A DNA stretch of 64,000 nt from the NCBI GenBank assembly GCA_963792965.1, contig CAWBYW010000016.1:160001-224000 (forward strand), read 5' to 3'. Every line of letters begins with the position of its first letter. The stretch's first letter is position 1. Positions 40,585 to 51,071 of the stretch are shown piece by piece. The notes under the pieces were generated by a model. It had not been told where the DNA came from. It did not search any database and was given only the letters and a program-made list of their open reading frames with translations. The translations under genes and the position numbers were made by a program. The stretch comes from an uncultured delta proteobacterium (lineage in GTDB: Bacteria > Desulfobacterota > Zymogenia > Zymogenales > Zymogenaceae).

Positions 40585-41096
40585 TAGCTGTTCCCCTGTT
40601 TGGCATTGAGCCTCGGCTCGACGATAAGGAGCTCATAGGCAAGAAGGACGATCCCCACGGAGATCGCCGAATCGGCGAGGTTGAAAATAGGCCAGGAGAG
40701 CGAATAGAGGTGCAGGTACAGAAAATCCCGGACCTCTCCGAACATGACCCGGTCTATCAGATTTCCGACGGCGCCGGCAAAGACGAGTGAGAGTGAGACC
40801 AGGTAGGTGAGTCTCTCCTTTTCGGCCTTAAAGAAAAGATAGAAAATGAGCCCCATCGCGATCAACGATACGCCGATGAGAAGCGGGAGCCGGGTGACAT
40901 CGGAGAGCCGCGCCATGATCCCGAAGCCAGCTCCCGTGTTCCGTATATAGCGGATATCAAAAAAGTTCGGGACGATGGTGATGAACTGGTTGAGGAACAG
41001 CGTCCTTTCGACGATGGCCTTCGTCGCCTGATCGGCGGCCACCACCAGAAGGGTGATCACGCAAAAGAGGAGGTATTTCGTCCGATTGCTCTTCAT
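40584..41096 (-). CDS. lspA: Lipoprotein signal peptidase II
   Basis: Motifs DQATK, NTGAGFG, GAVGNLIDR, VRDF and FNLADSAI. Confidence 0.96.
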   Translation of the reverse strand: MKSNRTKYLLFCVITLLVVAADQATKAIVERTLFLNQFITIVPNFFDIRYIRNTGAGFGIMARLSDVTRLPLLIGVSLIAMGLIFYLFFKAEKERLTYLVSLSLVFAGAVGNLIDRVMFGEVRDFLYLHLYSLSWPIFNLADSAISVGIVLLAYELLIVEPRLNAKQGNS

Positions 41097-41100
41097 CCGC

Positions 41101-43883
41101 CTATCCCTTCAGGTTGTCCGCGCAGGAGGCGCAAATTTCCGGGTGCTTCGGGTCCGTCCCGATGTCTTCCTTGTAATTCCAGCAGCGGGGGCACTTGGCG
41201 CCGGACGCCTTTTCGATCAGGATCGAGAGCCCCGGGACCTCTTCGCTCTTCACCGAACCCGCGGGCGCGGCGTCCACGATATCTACCCGCGAGACGATAA
41301 AGATGTCCGAAAGCTCGGCCGCATATTTCTTGAGGAGTTCCCTCTTTTTCCCCTCGGCCGCGATAATAACCCGGGCGTCAAGCGAGTGCCCGATGGTCTT
41401 GTTTCTCCGCGCCTCCTCCAGCGCCTTCTGCACCTGCTCCCTGATCCCGATGATCTCCTCCCACGCCGCCTCAAGGGCCTCGTCCATGAGCGAGGTGTCC
41501 GGTTTCAGAAATGCGGCCAGATGAACGCTCTTTTCGTTGCCGCCGGGCAGCATCTCCCAGATTTCCTCGGAGGTAAACGTGAGGATCGGCGCCATGAGGC
41601 GCGTCATCCCGTCCAGGATCGTATACATGGCGCTCTGTGCGGCGCGCCGCTTCTTCGAGTTGGGCGCCTCCGTGTAGAGACGGTCTTTGAGGATGTCAAG
41701 GTAGAAGGCTGAGAGGCTCGTCGCGCAGAAGTTATGGATGCCGTGGTAGATAACGTGAAAATCGAAGCTCCGATAGGCCTCGATGACCCTCTCGGCAAGC
41801 CTGGTGAACTTGACGAGGATATACCGGTCGATCTCGAGGAGCTCGGAGGGCGCCACCATATCTTTTTTGGGATCGAAGTCCGACAGGTTGCCGAGGATGA
41901 AGCGCGCGGTGTTCCGGATGCGGCGGTAGGCCTCCGATTGGCGCTTGAGGATCTCCGGGGAGATGCGGATGTCCTCCCGATAGTCCTCGGCCGCGACCCA
42001 GAGCCGGAGGACCTCTGCCCCGTACTCATCGATGACCTGCTGGGGGGCGATAACGTTGCCCAGCGACTTGCTCATCTTCTTTCCCTCGCCGTCCACGAAA
42101 AAACCGTGCGTGAGGACCTCACGGTAGGGCGCGCGGCCCCGGGTGCCGACGGAGGCCAGGAGCGAGGAGTGGAACCACCCGCGATGCTGGTCGCTCCCCT
42201 CGAGATACATGTCCGGGTACCGGCTTAAGGCCGGGGTTCTTTTCGCAGACCGCGGCGTAGCTCACCCCGGAGTCAAACCAGACGTCGAGGATGTCGTCTC
42301 TTTGTGAACGTCTTGCCGCCGCATTGTCGCACGTCAATCCCGGGGGCCGCCAGCTCCTTGACGTCCCGGTCGAACCAGCGTCGGCGCCTTCCTTCTCCAC
42401 AAAGTCGGCCACCTGCTCGAGGATCGCCTTGTCGATGATCTCTTTGCCGCAGTCGTTGCAGTAGAAAAAGGTGATGGGCACGCCCCACGAACGCTGGCGC
42501 GAGATGCACCAGTCGGGCCGGTTCTCGACCATCCCGAAGATCCGGTCCTTTCCCCACTTGGGGATCCAGCGTGACCCGGTCGATCTCTTCAAGCGCCTTT
42601 TTCCGCAGGGCGTTTTTCTCCATCGAGATGAACCACTGTTCGCGTGGAGCGGAAGATGATCGGCTTCTTGCAGCGCCAGCAGTGCGGGTACTGGTGGGAG
42701 TAGTCGGCCTGAGCAAGGAGCACCCCGAGTTCTTTCAGTTTTTTCGTAACGTCATCGTTTGCGTCGAAGACAAACTGTCCCGCGAAGAATTCGACGTCGT
42801 CCGTGAAGCGGCCGTAGTCGTCCACCGGGGCGTAGATCTCGAGGCCATACTTGAGGCCCGACTCGTAGTCCTCCTGCCCGTGCCCGGGCGCCGTATGGAC
42901 TGCACCGGTGCCGGCCTCGAGCGTGACGTAGTCGGCAAGGATGATCACCGAGGGTCGGTCGTAGAACGGGTGTCGGCCTTCTTGCCCTCCAGGCTCCTTC
43001 CGGGGAACGTCGCCAACACCTTATAGTCTTCCATCCCGAAGGAGTGCAGCACCGTGTCGGCCAGGTCCTCGGCCATGATATAGACGTCGCCGTTCTTAAC
43101 CTCGGCGGCGACATAGGTATAGTCCGGGTGGAGGGCGATGGCGAGGTTGGCCGGGATCGTCCAGGGGGTCGTCGTCCAGATGACCACAAAGACGCGCTTT
43201 CCGGCAAGCGCCGGGAAATCTTTCGAGAGGTCGTCAATCATCGGGAACTTGACGTAGATCGAGGGGGAGACGTGGTCGTGGTACTCGACCTCGGCCTCGG
43301 CCAGCGCCGTGACGCAGGTGGCGCACCAGTAGACCGGCTTCTTGCCCCGGTAGACCGCCGCCGAGAGCGCGAACTTCGTCAGCTCTCTGACGATCGTCGC
43401 CTCGTAGTCGTAGCTCATGGTGAGGTAGGGGTTTTCCCACTCCCCGAAGACGCCCAGCCGCTTGAACTCGTCCCGCTGGATGTCGATGAAATGCTCCGCG
43501 AAGGTCCGGCACTTCTTGCGGATCTCGCTTTTGGTCATCGTGAGCTTCTTGTCGCCCAGCTCTTTATCCACCTGGTGCTCGATGGGGAGGCCGTGGCAGT
43601 CCCAGCCGGGGACATAGTAGGTATCGAATCCCATCTTGAAGCGGGATTTGATGATGATGTCCTTGAGGATCTTGTTGAGCGCCGTGCCGAGGTGGATGTT
43701 GCCGTTGGCGTAGGGGGGGCCGTCGTGAAGGATAAACTTTTCTCTCCCTTTTGATGCCGCCTTGATGAGATCATAGAGCCCCATCTCTTCCCATCGGGAG
43801 AGCAGAATCGGTTCGCGCTTGGTCAGGTCCGCCTTCATCGGAAAGTCGGTCCGGGGAAGGTTAAGTGTCTCTTTATAATCCAT
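41101..43883 (-). CDS. ileS: Isoleucine-tRNA ligase (type 1), split by several frameshifts
   Basis: Motifs [65 protein letters not shown] and C-terminal CPRC..C..C; ileS-lspA order is canonical. Confidence 0.95.
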
Positions 43884-44034
43884 CGGCCCCTCCGGCATCT
43901 CTGTGCCCATATCTCCTTGATATTTCAAGAAAATAAATTCTATATAACTATCACGAAAAATGGGAAATTGTCAAGGGAAAAGAGGGGCGGTTGGAGCGCA
44001 CTGCGGGGGAAGGGCTCTCAACGACACCGTTATC

Positions 44035-44317
44035 GTCATTGCGAGGAGGCGTAGCCGACGAAGCAGTCTGTTTTTCAACCGTCATTGCGAGGGGCCAAAG
44101 GCCCCGTGGCAATCTCGTGACTATGGAGGAAAAACGAGCGGCAAACCGACGTTTGGGATGGGCAGTCAGGGGATTGCTTCGGCTATATCACCCCAAAAAG
44201 CTATCGCTTTTTGGGGGCCCCGGTGAAGGAAGGGGAGCGGGAATATTCCCTCCTTTCTCGGTCGGGGTCCCCGCAAATGCCAGCATCTGTGGGGTACATT
44301 CACTCCCTCGCAATGAC
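44035..44317. repeat. Composite palindromic repeat (GTCATTGCGAG...CTCGCAATGAC REP/RPE-like mosaic)
   Basis: Direct copies GTCATTGCGAGG at 44035 and 44081, an inverse copy CCTCGCAATGAC at 44306-44317, GCAATCTC/GGGATTGC complementarity and nested hairpins. Confidence 0.65.
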
Positions 44318-44420
44318 AGCGAAGCGGCAAACGGACACCACACGTGGTATCCCTCTACGAGTCGGAGGAAGGATGCTTCGGTTAGGGACGTTTGATATAC
44401 TATTGCATGTTTTAGATTAT

Positions 44421-44451
44421 GTAGCGGCAGACGTGTCGTGCCCGTCTGCCC
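44421..44451. repeat. GTAG-type REP-like hairpin
   Basis: GTAG-CGGCAGACG-loop-CGTCTGCC just past the kinase stop. Confidence 0.4.
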
Positions 44452-44456
44452 GGGCG

Positions 44457-46760
44457 CTATCCTTCCTTCCGTGTCGCTCTTTTCGGTTTCAGGCCCCTGG
44501 CGGGAAAGAGGATCGTGAACGAGGTATCGCCGGGCGCAGATTTAACCTCGTAGCGCACGTCGTAGGGCTTGAGGAGAAAGTCGACGGTGAAAAGCCCCAG
44601 CCCCGTTCCCTGGCCTTTCTGGCCCTTCGTGGTGAAGAACGGATCGAAGATGTGCGGAATATGTTCGCTGTCGATCCCCGTACCGGTGTCATGAAAGGTA
44701 ACTTTGATCTTCTTCTTAGAGAGGGAGGTCTCGATCGTCAGCTCCCGCCGCTCCGAGGTGCGCATGGCGTCCACCGCGTTGAGGACGATGTTGACAAAGC
44801 TCTGGGAGACGTCCGAATGGACCCCGGGGAGCCTCGGGAGGGACTCCGAGAGGATAAGGGTCTTGGCTATCTTGTGTTTGAAGAAGAGGTCCGCCTCCAA
44901 AAACGCCACCTCCGCCTCGATGATCCCGTTGATATCGAGGTCCTCTATCTTACGCCTGGATTCATTCCGAATCTTGAGGAGGAGGTTCTTGACCTGATCC
45001 GAGAGCCTCAGCGCCACGGTGTAGGCGTCGTTCACGTCGCCGATGAGGTCTTTCCTTCTCCCGACAAGCGACTCTACCGGCAGCTTTCCCTCCTCGGTCA
45101 GCTCCCGCTCGACGTCTTGATGGACTACCTTGAGTATGCCTATCAACGCCTGGAGGGGATTGTTGAGGTTGTGGAAGAGCCCTTCGGTCATGATCCCGAT
45201 CTGGGAGTGTTTCGAGCGCTCCATCAGCTCGAGCTGGAGCTTCTCCTTCTCTGAGGCCAGGGCGAGGAGCTGCGTCTTGTCCACGAGGTGGGCGATTACC
45301 TGGCCCTTCGATGCCCCGTTCGAGATGGCCGACAGCGTCGCCTCAAACATGATTCGTTTGGCGTCTTCGGCTCGCATCTCACACTCGACTGCCACAGGGG
45401 ACACGTGTGACCCAATGACGTCGGCGATCGCCTGCCGTATCCGCTCCTCGTAAGTCGGGGAGACGAACTCAAGGAACGATCTCCCCACAAGCGACGTGGG
45501 ATCCATGCCGAGAAACTCCCCCATCATTCCGTTGGCAAACTGGATCACGAGCGACCCGTCCAGGATGGTCCAGGCGTCGCCCGAGCCTTCAACCACCATG
45601 CGGTATTTCCGCTCGGACTCCTCAAGCTCCCGGCTCCGCTCGCGCACCTGTTGTTCGAGCTGACGGTTGTAGTTCTCGATGAACTCCCTGGATGTCCGGA
45701 GCTCTCCGGCCATTCGATTGAACGATTGGGCAAGATCACCGATCTCGTCTTGCGATCGTACGGTGATCTGTTGGGAAAAATCGCCCCTGCCTATCCGATC
45801 GGTTCCCCGGATGATCTCCTTTATGGGACGTGCGATGGCTCCCGAAAGGGCGATGGAAACAAGCGACGTCACCACAAGGATAATGACGATGGCAAAGCCG
45901 AAACTCTTTCTGATCTGGCCTGCGACGAGATATGCCTCATCCTCCCGATAGGAGATCACGACCTTGAGCTCCTTGGGTCCCGCGTCCTGGACCCCCGAAA
46001 TCGTCGTGATAAAGGCGATGTACGGTCTGTTCTGTCTGTCCACATAGTGAATAATGCCTTCCCCGATCGTCATGATTCGTTTGGTCACCGCCCCGTCGGA
46101 AAAGGGAGTAAAGAGCGGCGTCCCGTCGGGACCAGCCACGATGAGACCCGACCCGTCGACGATAAAGGCCCGCCCCGTTTCACCGATCTGGACGAGCTTT
46201 GTCATCTCCGTCAACCCCTGATCACCCACGGCGGCCAGGAGCGTGACGGGAACACTCCCCGTTTTTCGGCCGACGGGAAGCGCAATCAGGAAGGCGGGCT
46301 GTTCTATCCCCGGAAACTTCTGGGGGGATGTGATGCGGGGAAAGGTCCCGGAAAACCCGGTAAAGTCCGCGCCACCCATGAAGAATGCCGGGGAACCGCC
46401 GACGGCAAATGCCTGCCCTCCCTTGAGGAGGAAGAGACCCATGATGTCGGGCGAAACCTCCCGCACTTTCACCATTTCCCGCTCAACCACGCTCCGGGCT
46501 GCCTTTTCGTCGGCAAAGACCGGATCCTGGGCCAATAACGCGACGGACCGATAGGTCTCTCCGATTGAGCGGTCCGCGTCGTTTTTGAGGCGAAGGCCGA
46601 TATCGGTCAGGGTGTTTTCGACCTCGAGGGCGGCCTGCCGGTTGATCTGCCAGAAGGTATAGAAAGACATGAAAACGATGGGGATAAGGCCGATTGAGAC
46701 AAAGAGAAAGAAGAGCTTGATGGTTATGCTGATTTTCGGCCTGTGGTCGAGAAGGGACAT
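44457..46760 (-). CDS. Membrane sensor histidine kinase (Cache-HAMP-PAS-HisKA-HATPase)
   Basis: Two TM segments, HAMP DEIGDLAQSFNRM, PAS, H-box HNLNNPL, NAVDAM, DTGTGI and FDPFFTTK..GTGLGL. Confidence 0.92.
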   Translation of the reverse strand: MSLLDHRPKISITIKLFFLFVSIGLIPIVFMSFYTFWQINRQAALEVENTLTDIGLRLKNDADRSIGETYRSVALLAQDPVFADEKAARSVVEREMVKVREVSPDIMGLFLLKGGQAFAVGGSPAFFMGGADFTGFSGTFPRITSPQKFPGIEQPAFLIALPVGRKTGSVPVTLLAAVGDQGLTEMTKLVQIGETGRAFIVDGSGLIVAGPDGTPLFTPFSDGAVTKRIMTIGEGIIHYVDRQNRPYIAFITTISGVQDAGPKELKVVISYREDEAYLVAGQIRKSFGFAIVIILVVTSLVSIALSGAIARPIKEIIRGTDRIGRGDFSQQITVRSQDEIGDLAQSFNRMAGELRTSREFIENYNRQLEQQVRERSRELEESERKYRMVVEGSGDAWTILDGSLVIQFANGMMGEFLGMDPTSLVGRSFLEFVSPTYEERIRQAIADVIGSHVSPVAVECEMRAEDAKRIMFEATLSAISNGASKGQVIAHLVDKTQLLALASEKEKLQLELMERSKHSQIGIMTEGLFHNLNNPLQALIGILKVVHQDVERELTEEGKLPVESLVGRRKDLIGDVNDAYTVALRLSDQVKNLLLKIRNESRRKIEDLDINGIIEAEVAFLEADLFFKHKIAKTLILSESLPRLPGVHSDVSQSFVNIVLNAVDAMRTSERRELTIETSLSKKKIKVTFHDTGTGIDSEHIPHIFDPFFTTKGQKGQGTGLGLFTVDFLLKPYDVRYEVKSAPGDTSFTILFPARGLKPKRATRKEG

Positions 46761-46793
46761 CTCTGTGTCGACCCCTGTTCTACCGGTCGCGCC

Positions 46794-47510
46794 CTATCTG
46801 ATGAGGGAAAGGACGAGGGCCGCCGTGCCGACGACTGCCGCGATGCCGACCGCCGCGGCCGCTATCCGGAGCCTATTATTAAGCACCGCTATCCTTCGAC
46901 CCTGTCCGATCAGCTCATTTTCAAGGGTCTGTATGAGGGAGTGCTGTCGCTGTTCCGATTGCTCGACCTCATCGTGAAGCTTGTCGACCTCCGTCTCGAC
47001 GGCACCGCGCAGCTCTCGCAGCTCAGATATGACCTGTTTTGTCTCCGACTCGAGGCGCTCTATCTCGGACTCCGTAATCTCCTTGAGGAACTCCACGGTA
47101 AGATCGATGAGACGGTCGTACTGGGCCCTGATCATCCGGTCATAGTGGGTAAGCATCATCTCATCGGAATAGCTCCCGACGGCGGTTGTGCGTCGAGGGC
47201 CGTCGGCCGTCTCGGTGCGGGCATCGATAATCTCGAATTCCTCGGGCGGCACCTCACCGTCTTTTTCGCCGTATCGCCGTTCCATTCCCGGAGGGGGCGT
47301 TCGCATGATCTGGGAAATCAGTTCCTGATGGGATCTGAAACGCTGGGCGAAGTCGCTGCTGATATTTCTGAGCTGTTCGAAATCGAGGGACTTGAGGTGG
47401 TCTTCGACGATCTCATAGAGGGAGGAGATATTTTCGCTCTTTTCTTTCTCGGTATCCTGATCGTCGTCCTTCGTTTTTTTATCGATGATCTTCTTGAACC
47501 ACTTCTTCAT
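46794..47510 (-). CDS. Hypothetical coiled-coil protein with C-terminal membrane anchor
   Basis: E/L/R-rich heptads followed by hydrophobic tail IAAAAVGIAAVVGTAALVLSLIR. Confidence 0.7.
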   Translation of the reverse strand: MKKWFKKIIDKKTKDDDQDTEKEKSENISSLYEIVEDHLKSLDFEQLRNISSDFAQRFRSHQELISQIMRTPPPGMERRYGEKDGEVPPEEFEIIDARTETADGPRRTTAVGSYSDEMMLTHYDRMIRAQYDRLIDLTVEFLKEITESEIERLESETKQVISELRELRGAVETEVDKLHDEVEQSEQRQHSLIQTLENELIGQGRRIAVLNNRLRIAAAAVGIAAVVGTAALVLSLIR

Positions 47511-47517
47511 AGGTGCT

Positions 47518-47605
47518 ATCGTACCACCCTTTTTCTTTTTGTCAAGTTTATGATGGGGAGGCCGGCGCCCCCGCGGTTGACAACAGCCGCCCGTGGTGAT
47601 ATAAG
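47518..47605. promoter_or_regulatory. Divergent sigma70 promoter pair
   Basis: Minus: TTGACA(47545-47540)-N16-TACGAT(47523-47518). Plus: TTGACA(47577)-N17-TATAAG(47600). Confidence 0.6.
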
Positions 47606-47632
47606 ACTCAAAGACTTGGGAGCAAGAAGCAG

Positions 47633-48102
47633 ATGAAGCCTCCGCGTAAACTTGGCGTGACGCCGCTGATCGTCGTCTTCTGGGATCAACCGATGTGGCA
47701 CGGAACTCCGCGCGTCTTCACCGACCGGGTGGACGACCTGAAGGCCGAGCTCTGCGGACTTTACCCCCTGTTCCATGACGATCTACGCGGGCCCGGACTA
47801 CATGAGAAGCGAGGACGGGACGTCGCCGGCCTACTGGCAGGCGCGCTTTTTCGTCGAGAAGGGGTGTAAATACACCGGGATCCGGGTCCCCGATAAGCGA
47901 CGGTCGCGACATCGTGCTGCCGCCCCTCGGCCCCGGCTTCTATCAGGACTGCATGTTTCCCGAGGGGCTCAACTGGACGGAGCCGGATGCCCTGGGCCGG
48001 ATGGTTTTCACCAAGATCAACTCGTTCCGATTCGTGGAGCACAAGTTCACGATCTTCAACGATTACCTCCCTCCCCAGCTCAAGAAAGAAGGTGATCGGT
48101 AG
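47633..48102 (+). CDS. Hypothetical ~155-aa protein (two apparent +1 insertions), coupled to the radical SAM gene
   Basis: Three consecutive ORF pieces join at C-runs into one 468-nt frame. Its TAG overlaps the GTG of the next gene. Confidence 0.6.
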
Positions 48103-49004
48103 TGGAGCACCTCACGGCGTCGTTTTTTTTGACCCGCCGCTGCTCGAGCCGCTGCCGCCACTGCGGGGCGTGGTACACCAAATCGGCCGAAAGCGACTTC
48201 ACGAAGGACGACCTCGGCCGCTTCATCACCGAGGTCTCGCGGATCTCCCGGATCGAGGCGGTGGGTCTCTCGGGGGGCGAGGTCTTTGTGGTAAAGGAGC
48301 TCTTCGATTTCGCCGTGGACGAGCTGAAAAAGGCGGGGATCCCTTTTACGTTCGTGACCAACGCCTATTGGGCAAGAAGCGAACAGCGTGCGCGCCAGCT
48401 TCTTTCGCGCTATCGGGGGACGCTCGGGATGGGCCTTTCGGCCGATTCCTTTCACCAGGAGTTCATCCCACTGTCACGGGTGGTCAACGCCGCCCGGGCC
48501 GCGAGCGAGCTCGGAATACCCTACGTCGTGAGGGCCACCATGCGGGCCTCCGACAGGCGGCAGGATGTGGAGCGTCTCCTCCTCGATGCCGGTCTGCCGG
48601 ACCGGGAGACGATCGCGTACGCCCCCGTCATGTTCATCGGCAGGGCGAGAAAGAAGATCCCGCCCGAGGATTTCCCCGACGACAACCCCGTGCGTCCCTG
48701 CCTGTCGCTTCGAACCCCCTTCATCTTCCCCAACGGGGACGTCTACGCCTGCTGCGGCGAGGCGGCCAATATCGAGGGGCGCCACCCGCTTCTTCTGGGA
48801 AACCTGAACGAAATGGATTTCGTGTCCCTCATCGCGAAGTACGAGACCGACCCGACGCTGGGCGCCATCTATACCGAGGGTCCCCGCTCCCTCTATGAGC
48901 GGACGGGCGCCTCGCCGACAACCCTGCGCGAGGAACTGCTGCTCCGCTCCCCCTGCGGGACGTGCCGGCTGTTGTTCGATCAAGAAGGAATGCGGCGGGA
49001 CTGA
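48102..49004 (+). CDS. Radical SAM protein with C-terminal SPASM/twitch-like domain
   Basis: Motifs CSSRCRHC, SGGE, TNAYWA, SADSFHQEFIP, PC...PNGDVYACC and CGTC. Confidence 0.9.
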   Translation: MEHLTASFFLTRRCSSRCRHCGAWYTKSAESDFTKDDLGRFITEVSRISRIEAVGLSGGEVFVVKELFDFAVDELKKAGIPFTFVTNAYWARSEQRARQLLSRYRGTLGMGLSADSFHQEFIPLSRVVNAARAASELGIPYVVRATMRASDRRQDVERLLLDAGLPDRETIAYAPVMFIGRARKKIPPEDFPDDNPVRPCLSLRTPFIFPNGDVYACCGEAANIEGRHPLLLGNLNEMDFVSLIAKYETDPTLGAIYTEGPRSLYERTGASPTTLREELLLRSPCGTCRLLFDQEGMRRD

Positions 49005-49035
49005 GAAAGAGAGTGCCGCGGCTCAGAGACGCTCC

Positions 49036-50970
49036 TTACCCCTTCTTCTTATCCACCGTCTCCCTGACCTTCCTGACCAGTTTCTTCAATTGAATCGGTT
49101 TCTGGATAAACGAATCGGCACCCATGGCAAGAAGATTCCGTATCTGTCCGCTCCGGCTGTAGGCCGAGGTGACGAGCACCTTTGCGTCGGGGACTATCTC
49201 TTTGATCCTCGCCAGCGTCTTCTCTTCCCCCGGGTCCGGCATAACGAAATCGAGGATGATCAGATCTATGTGACCGTTCTGGCGGCCAGCAAGATCAATG
49301 CCCTCGTTCCCATCGCGGGCGGTAATGACCCGGTACCCGTTCTCCCTCAGGAAATCCCCCCACAGCTCCCTGACAACCGGATCATCGTCTATGATGAGTA
49401 TTGTCTCGTTTCCCGAAAAATCCTCCGGCTCTTTGGTCGGGAGCGCCGCCCGTACACCCTCCCCGACGGCGGGGAAGTAGAGCCGAAACGTCGTTCCGCC
49501 GCCCACCTCGCTCTCCACGGTTATCTGGCCCTTATGGCTCTTCATGATGCCGTATACCGTCGATAGTCCCATCCCGGTCCCGCTCCCCTGCGCTTTCGTG
49601 GTAAAGAACGGCTCGAATATCCGGCCTCTGATCTGGGGCGGTATGCCGATGCCGGTATCGGTGACCGATATTACCACGTGGTCGCCCTCCTGCGCCCCGA
49701 GGTGTGCCTTGACAAAGTCTTGACCCAGCCTCTTGTTTTCAGTCTCGATGATGAGGCGACCACCCGTCGGCATCGCGTCCCGCGCGTTGATGCAGAGGTT
49801 GAGCAGGCTCTGTTCCAGCTGACCGGCGTCTCCCTCAATGAGCATCAGGTCCGTCTCGAGGCGGGTTACTATCTCGATGGACTTATCCAATGTGCCGGAG
49901 ATAAGGGGGAGCACCTTCTCAACAACGTCGTTGACTCTCATTTTCGTCGGACGGTGCCGTCCCGACCGTGCCGTATTCAAGAGCTGCCTGGTCAGCTCGG
50001 AGGCGCGCACGGTCCCATCGTAGATCGTCTTAAGTGCCTTATAGTCCGGGTCGCCTTGATGCTTCTTGAGGAGGAGATACTCCGAGTATCCCATGATGCC
50101 GACAAGGATGTTGTTGAAGTTGTGCGCGATCCCACCGGCCAGCGCATTGACGGCCTCCATTTTTTGCGCGTGGACGAGCTGCTCTTCCAGTTTCTTCTTT
50201 TCCGTGATGTCCTTTAACGAGCCCTGAAAACCGATTACGTTTCCCTGCGCGTCCTTCCTCCGAGTCGCCGTCACGAGGCAGTTGGCGACGGTGCCGTTTT
50301 TCCTTTTCAGATCAACGTCGAAGTCTTTCAGAAACCCTGTTTGGGCGATATCCTGCACGAATTGCTGCCTCTTTTCGGCGTTCGTGTAGTTTTCGATGAT
50401 GTTCTTTCCGACCAGTTCTTCCCGGGTGTATCCCGAAAGCTCCAGTCCTGCCGGGTTTATATCAATCACCGTCCCATCGAGGGACGTCATGAAGACGATG
50501 TCCTGTGAGTTTTCAAACAGGCTTCGCCACTTCTCTTCGGACTCCCGCAGCGCCTCCTGGGCCCGTTTCTTTTCAGTGATGTCGCGGGCGATATGCACGC
50601 TCCCGATCAGCTCTCCCTCCACGTTATGGAGGGGAGAAACGATCAGGAGAAAATCACCGCCCAGCTTTTCCTCATGGATCTCGGCGGTATGTTCACAGCC
50701 GTCCTCGATAAGCCGGGCATGGGGACAGAAGGGCACGGGCCCCACAGTACCGTGAACGCAGGCATAACATTCCTTGCCGATACACTCATCGGGATCAATG
50801 CCGAGGCGATCCGTCATGGCCCTGTTTGCCCGAACGATCCGATATTCCTTATCGACGATCACGATGAGGTCCGGCACCGCATTGAAGGTGCTGGTCCATG
50901 CGTCTTCGGAAGCCGCTGAGGGCAGCCCCCGGGCCGGACGAGGATCCCGATCGATTCGATTATCCTTCAT
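49036..50970 (-). CDS. Cytoplasmic hybrid sensor kinase (PAS-PAS-HisKA-HATPase-REC, CckA-like)
   Basis: Motifs AQKMEAV..AGGIAHNFNN, NARDAM, FEPFFTTK and GTGMGL; C-terminal REC ILIIDDD..ILDFVMP. Confidence 0.92.
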   Translation of the reverse strand: MKDNRIDRDPRPARGLPSAASEDAWTSTFNAVPDLIVIVDKEYRIVRANRAMTDRLGIDPDECIGKECYACVHGTVGPVPFCPHARLIEDGCEHTAEIHEEKLGGDFLLIVSPLHNVEGELIGSVHIARDITEKKRAQEALRESEEKWRSLFENSQDIVFMTSLDGTVIDINPAGLELSGYTREELVGKNIIENYTNAEKRQQFVQDIAQTGFLKDFDVDLKRKNGTVANCLVTATRRKDAQGNVIGFQGSLKDITEKKKLEEQLVHAQKMEAVNALAGGIAHNFNNILVGIMGYSEYLLLKKHQGDPDYKALKTIYDGTVRASELTRQLLNTARSGRHRPTKMRVNDVVEKVLPLISGTLDKSIEIVTRLETDLMLIEGDAGQLEQSLLNLCINARDAMPTGGRLIIETENKRLGQDFVKAHLGAQEGDHVVISVTDTGIGIPPQIRGRIFEPFFTTKAQGSGTGMGLSTVYGIMKSHKGQITVESEVGGGTTFRLYFPAVGEGVRAALPTKEPEDFSGNETILIIDDDPVVRELWGDFLRENGYRVITARDGNEGIDLAGRQNGHIDLIILDFVMPDPGEEKTLARIKEIVPDAKVLVTSAYSRSGQIRNLLAMGADSFIQKPIQLKKLVRKVRETVDKKKG

Positions 50971-51071
50971 GTTCCACCTCGGCAGCTATGCCCCGGGCCG
51001 ATAGAGAGGCACGATCGGTTTTGTTGAAACGAGCGAAAAATTTTTTCTATTCTAATGGATGTGCTAATCGA

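Noticed and set aside
41101-43883. ileS as a true pseudogene, or a T-box leader upstream
   Set aside because: It is an essential gene with all motifs intact in the canonical ileS-lspA context. No T-box consensus was seen upstream.
44035-44317. CRISPR array
   Set aside because: There are only two direct copies and one inverted copy, with no regular spacers and no cas genes.
47633-47869. 78-aa ORF as a RiPP precursor peptide for the radical SAM enzyme
   Set aside because: It is better explained as the first third of a frameshifted ~155-aa gene, and it shows no leader/core pattern.
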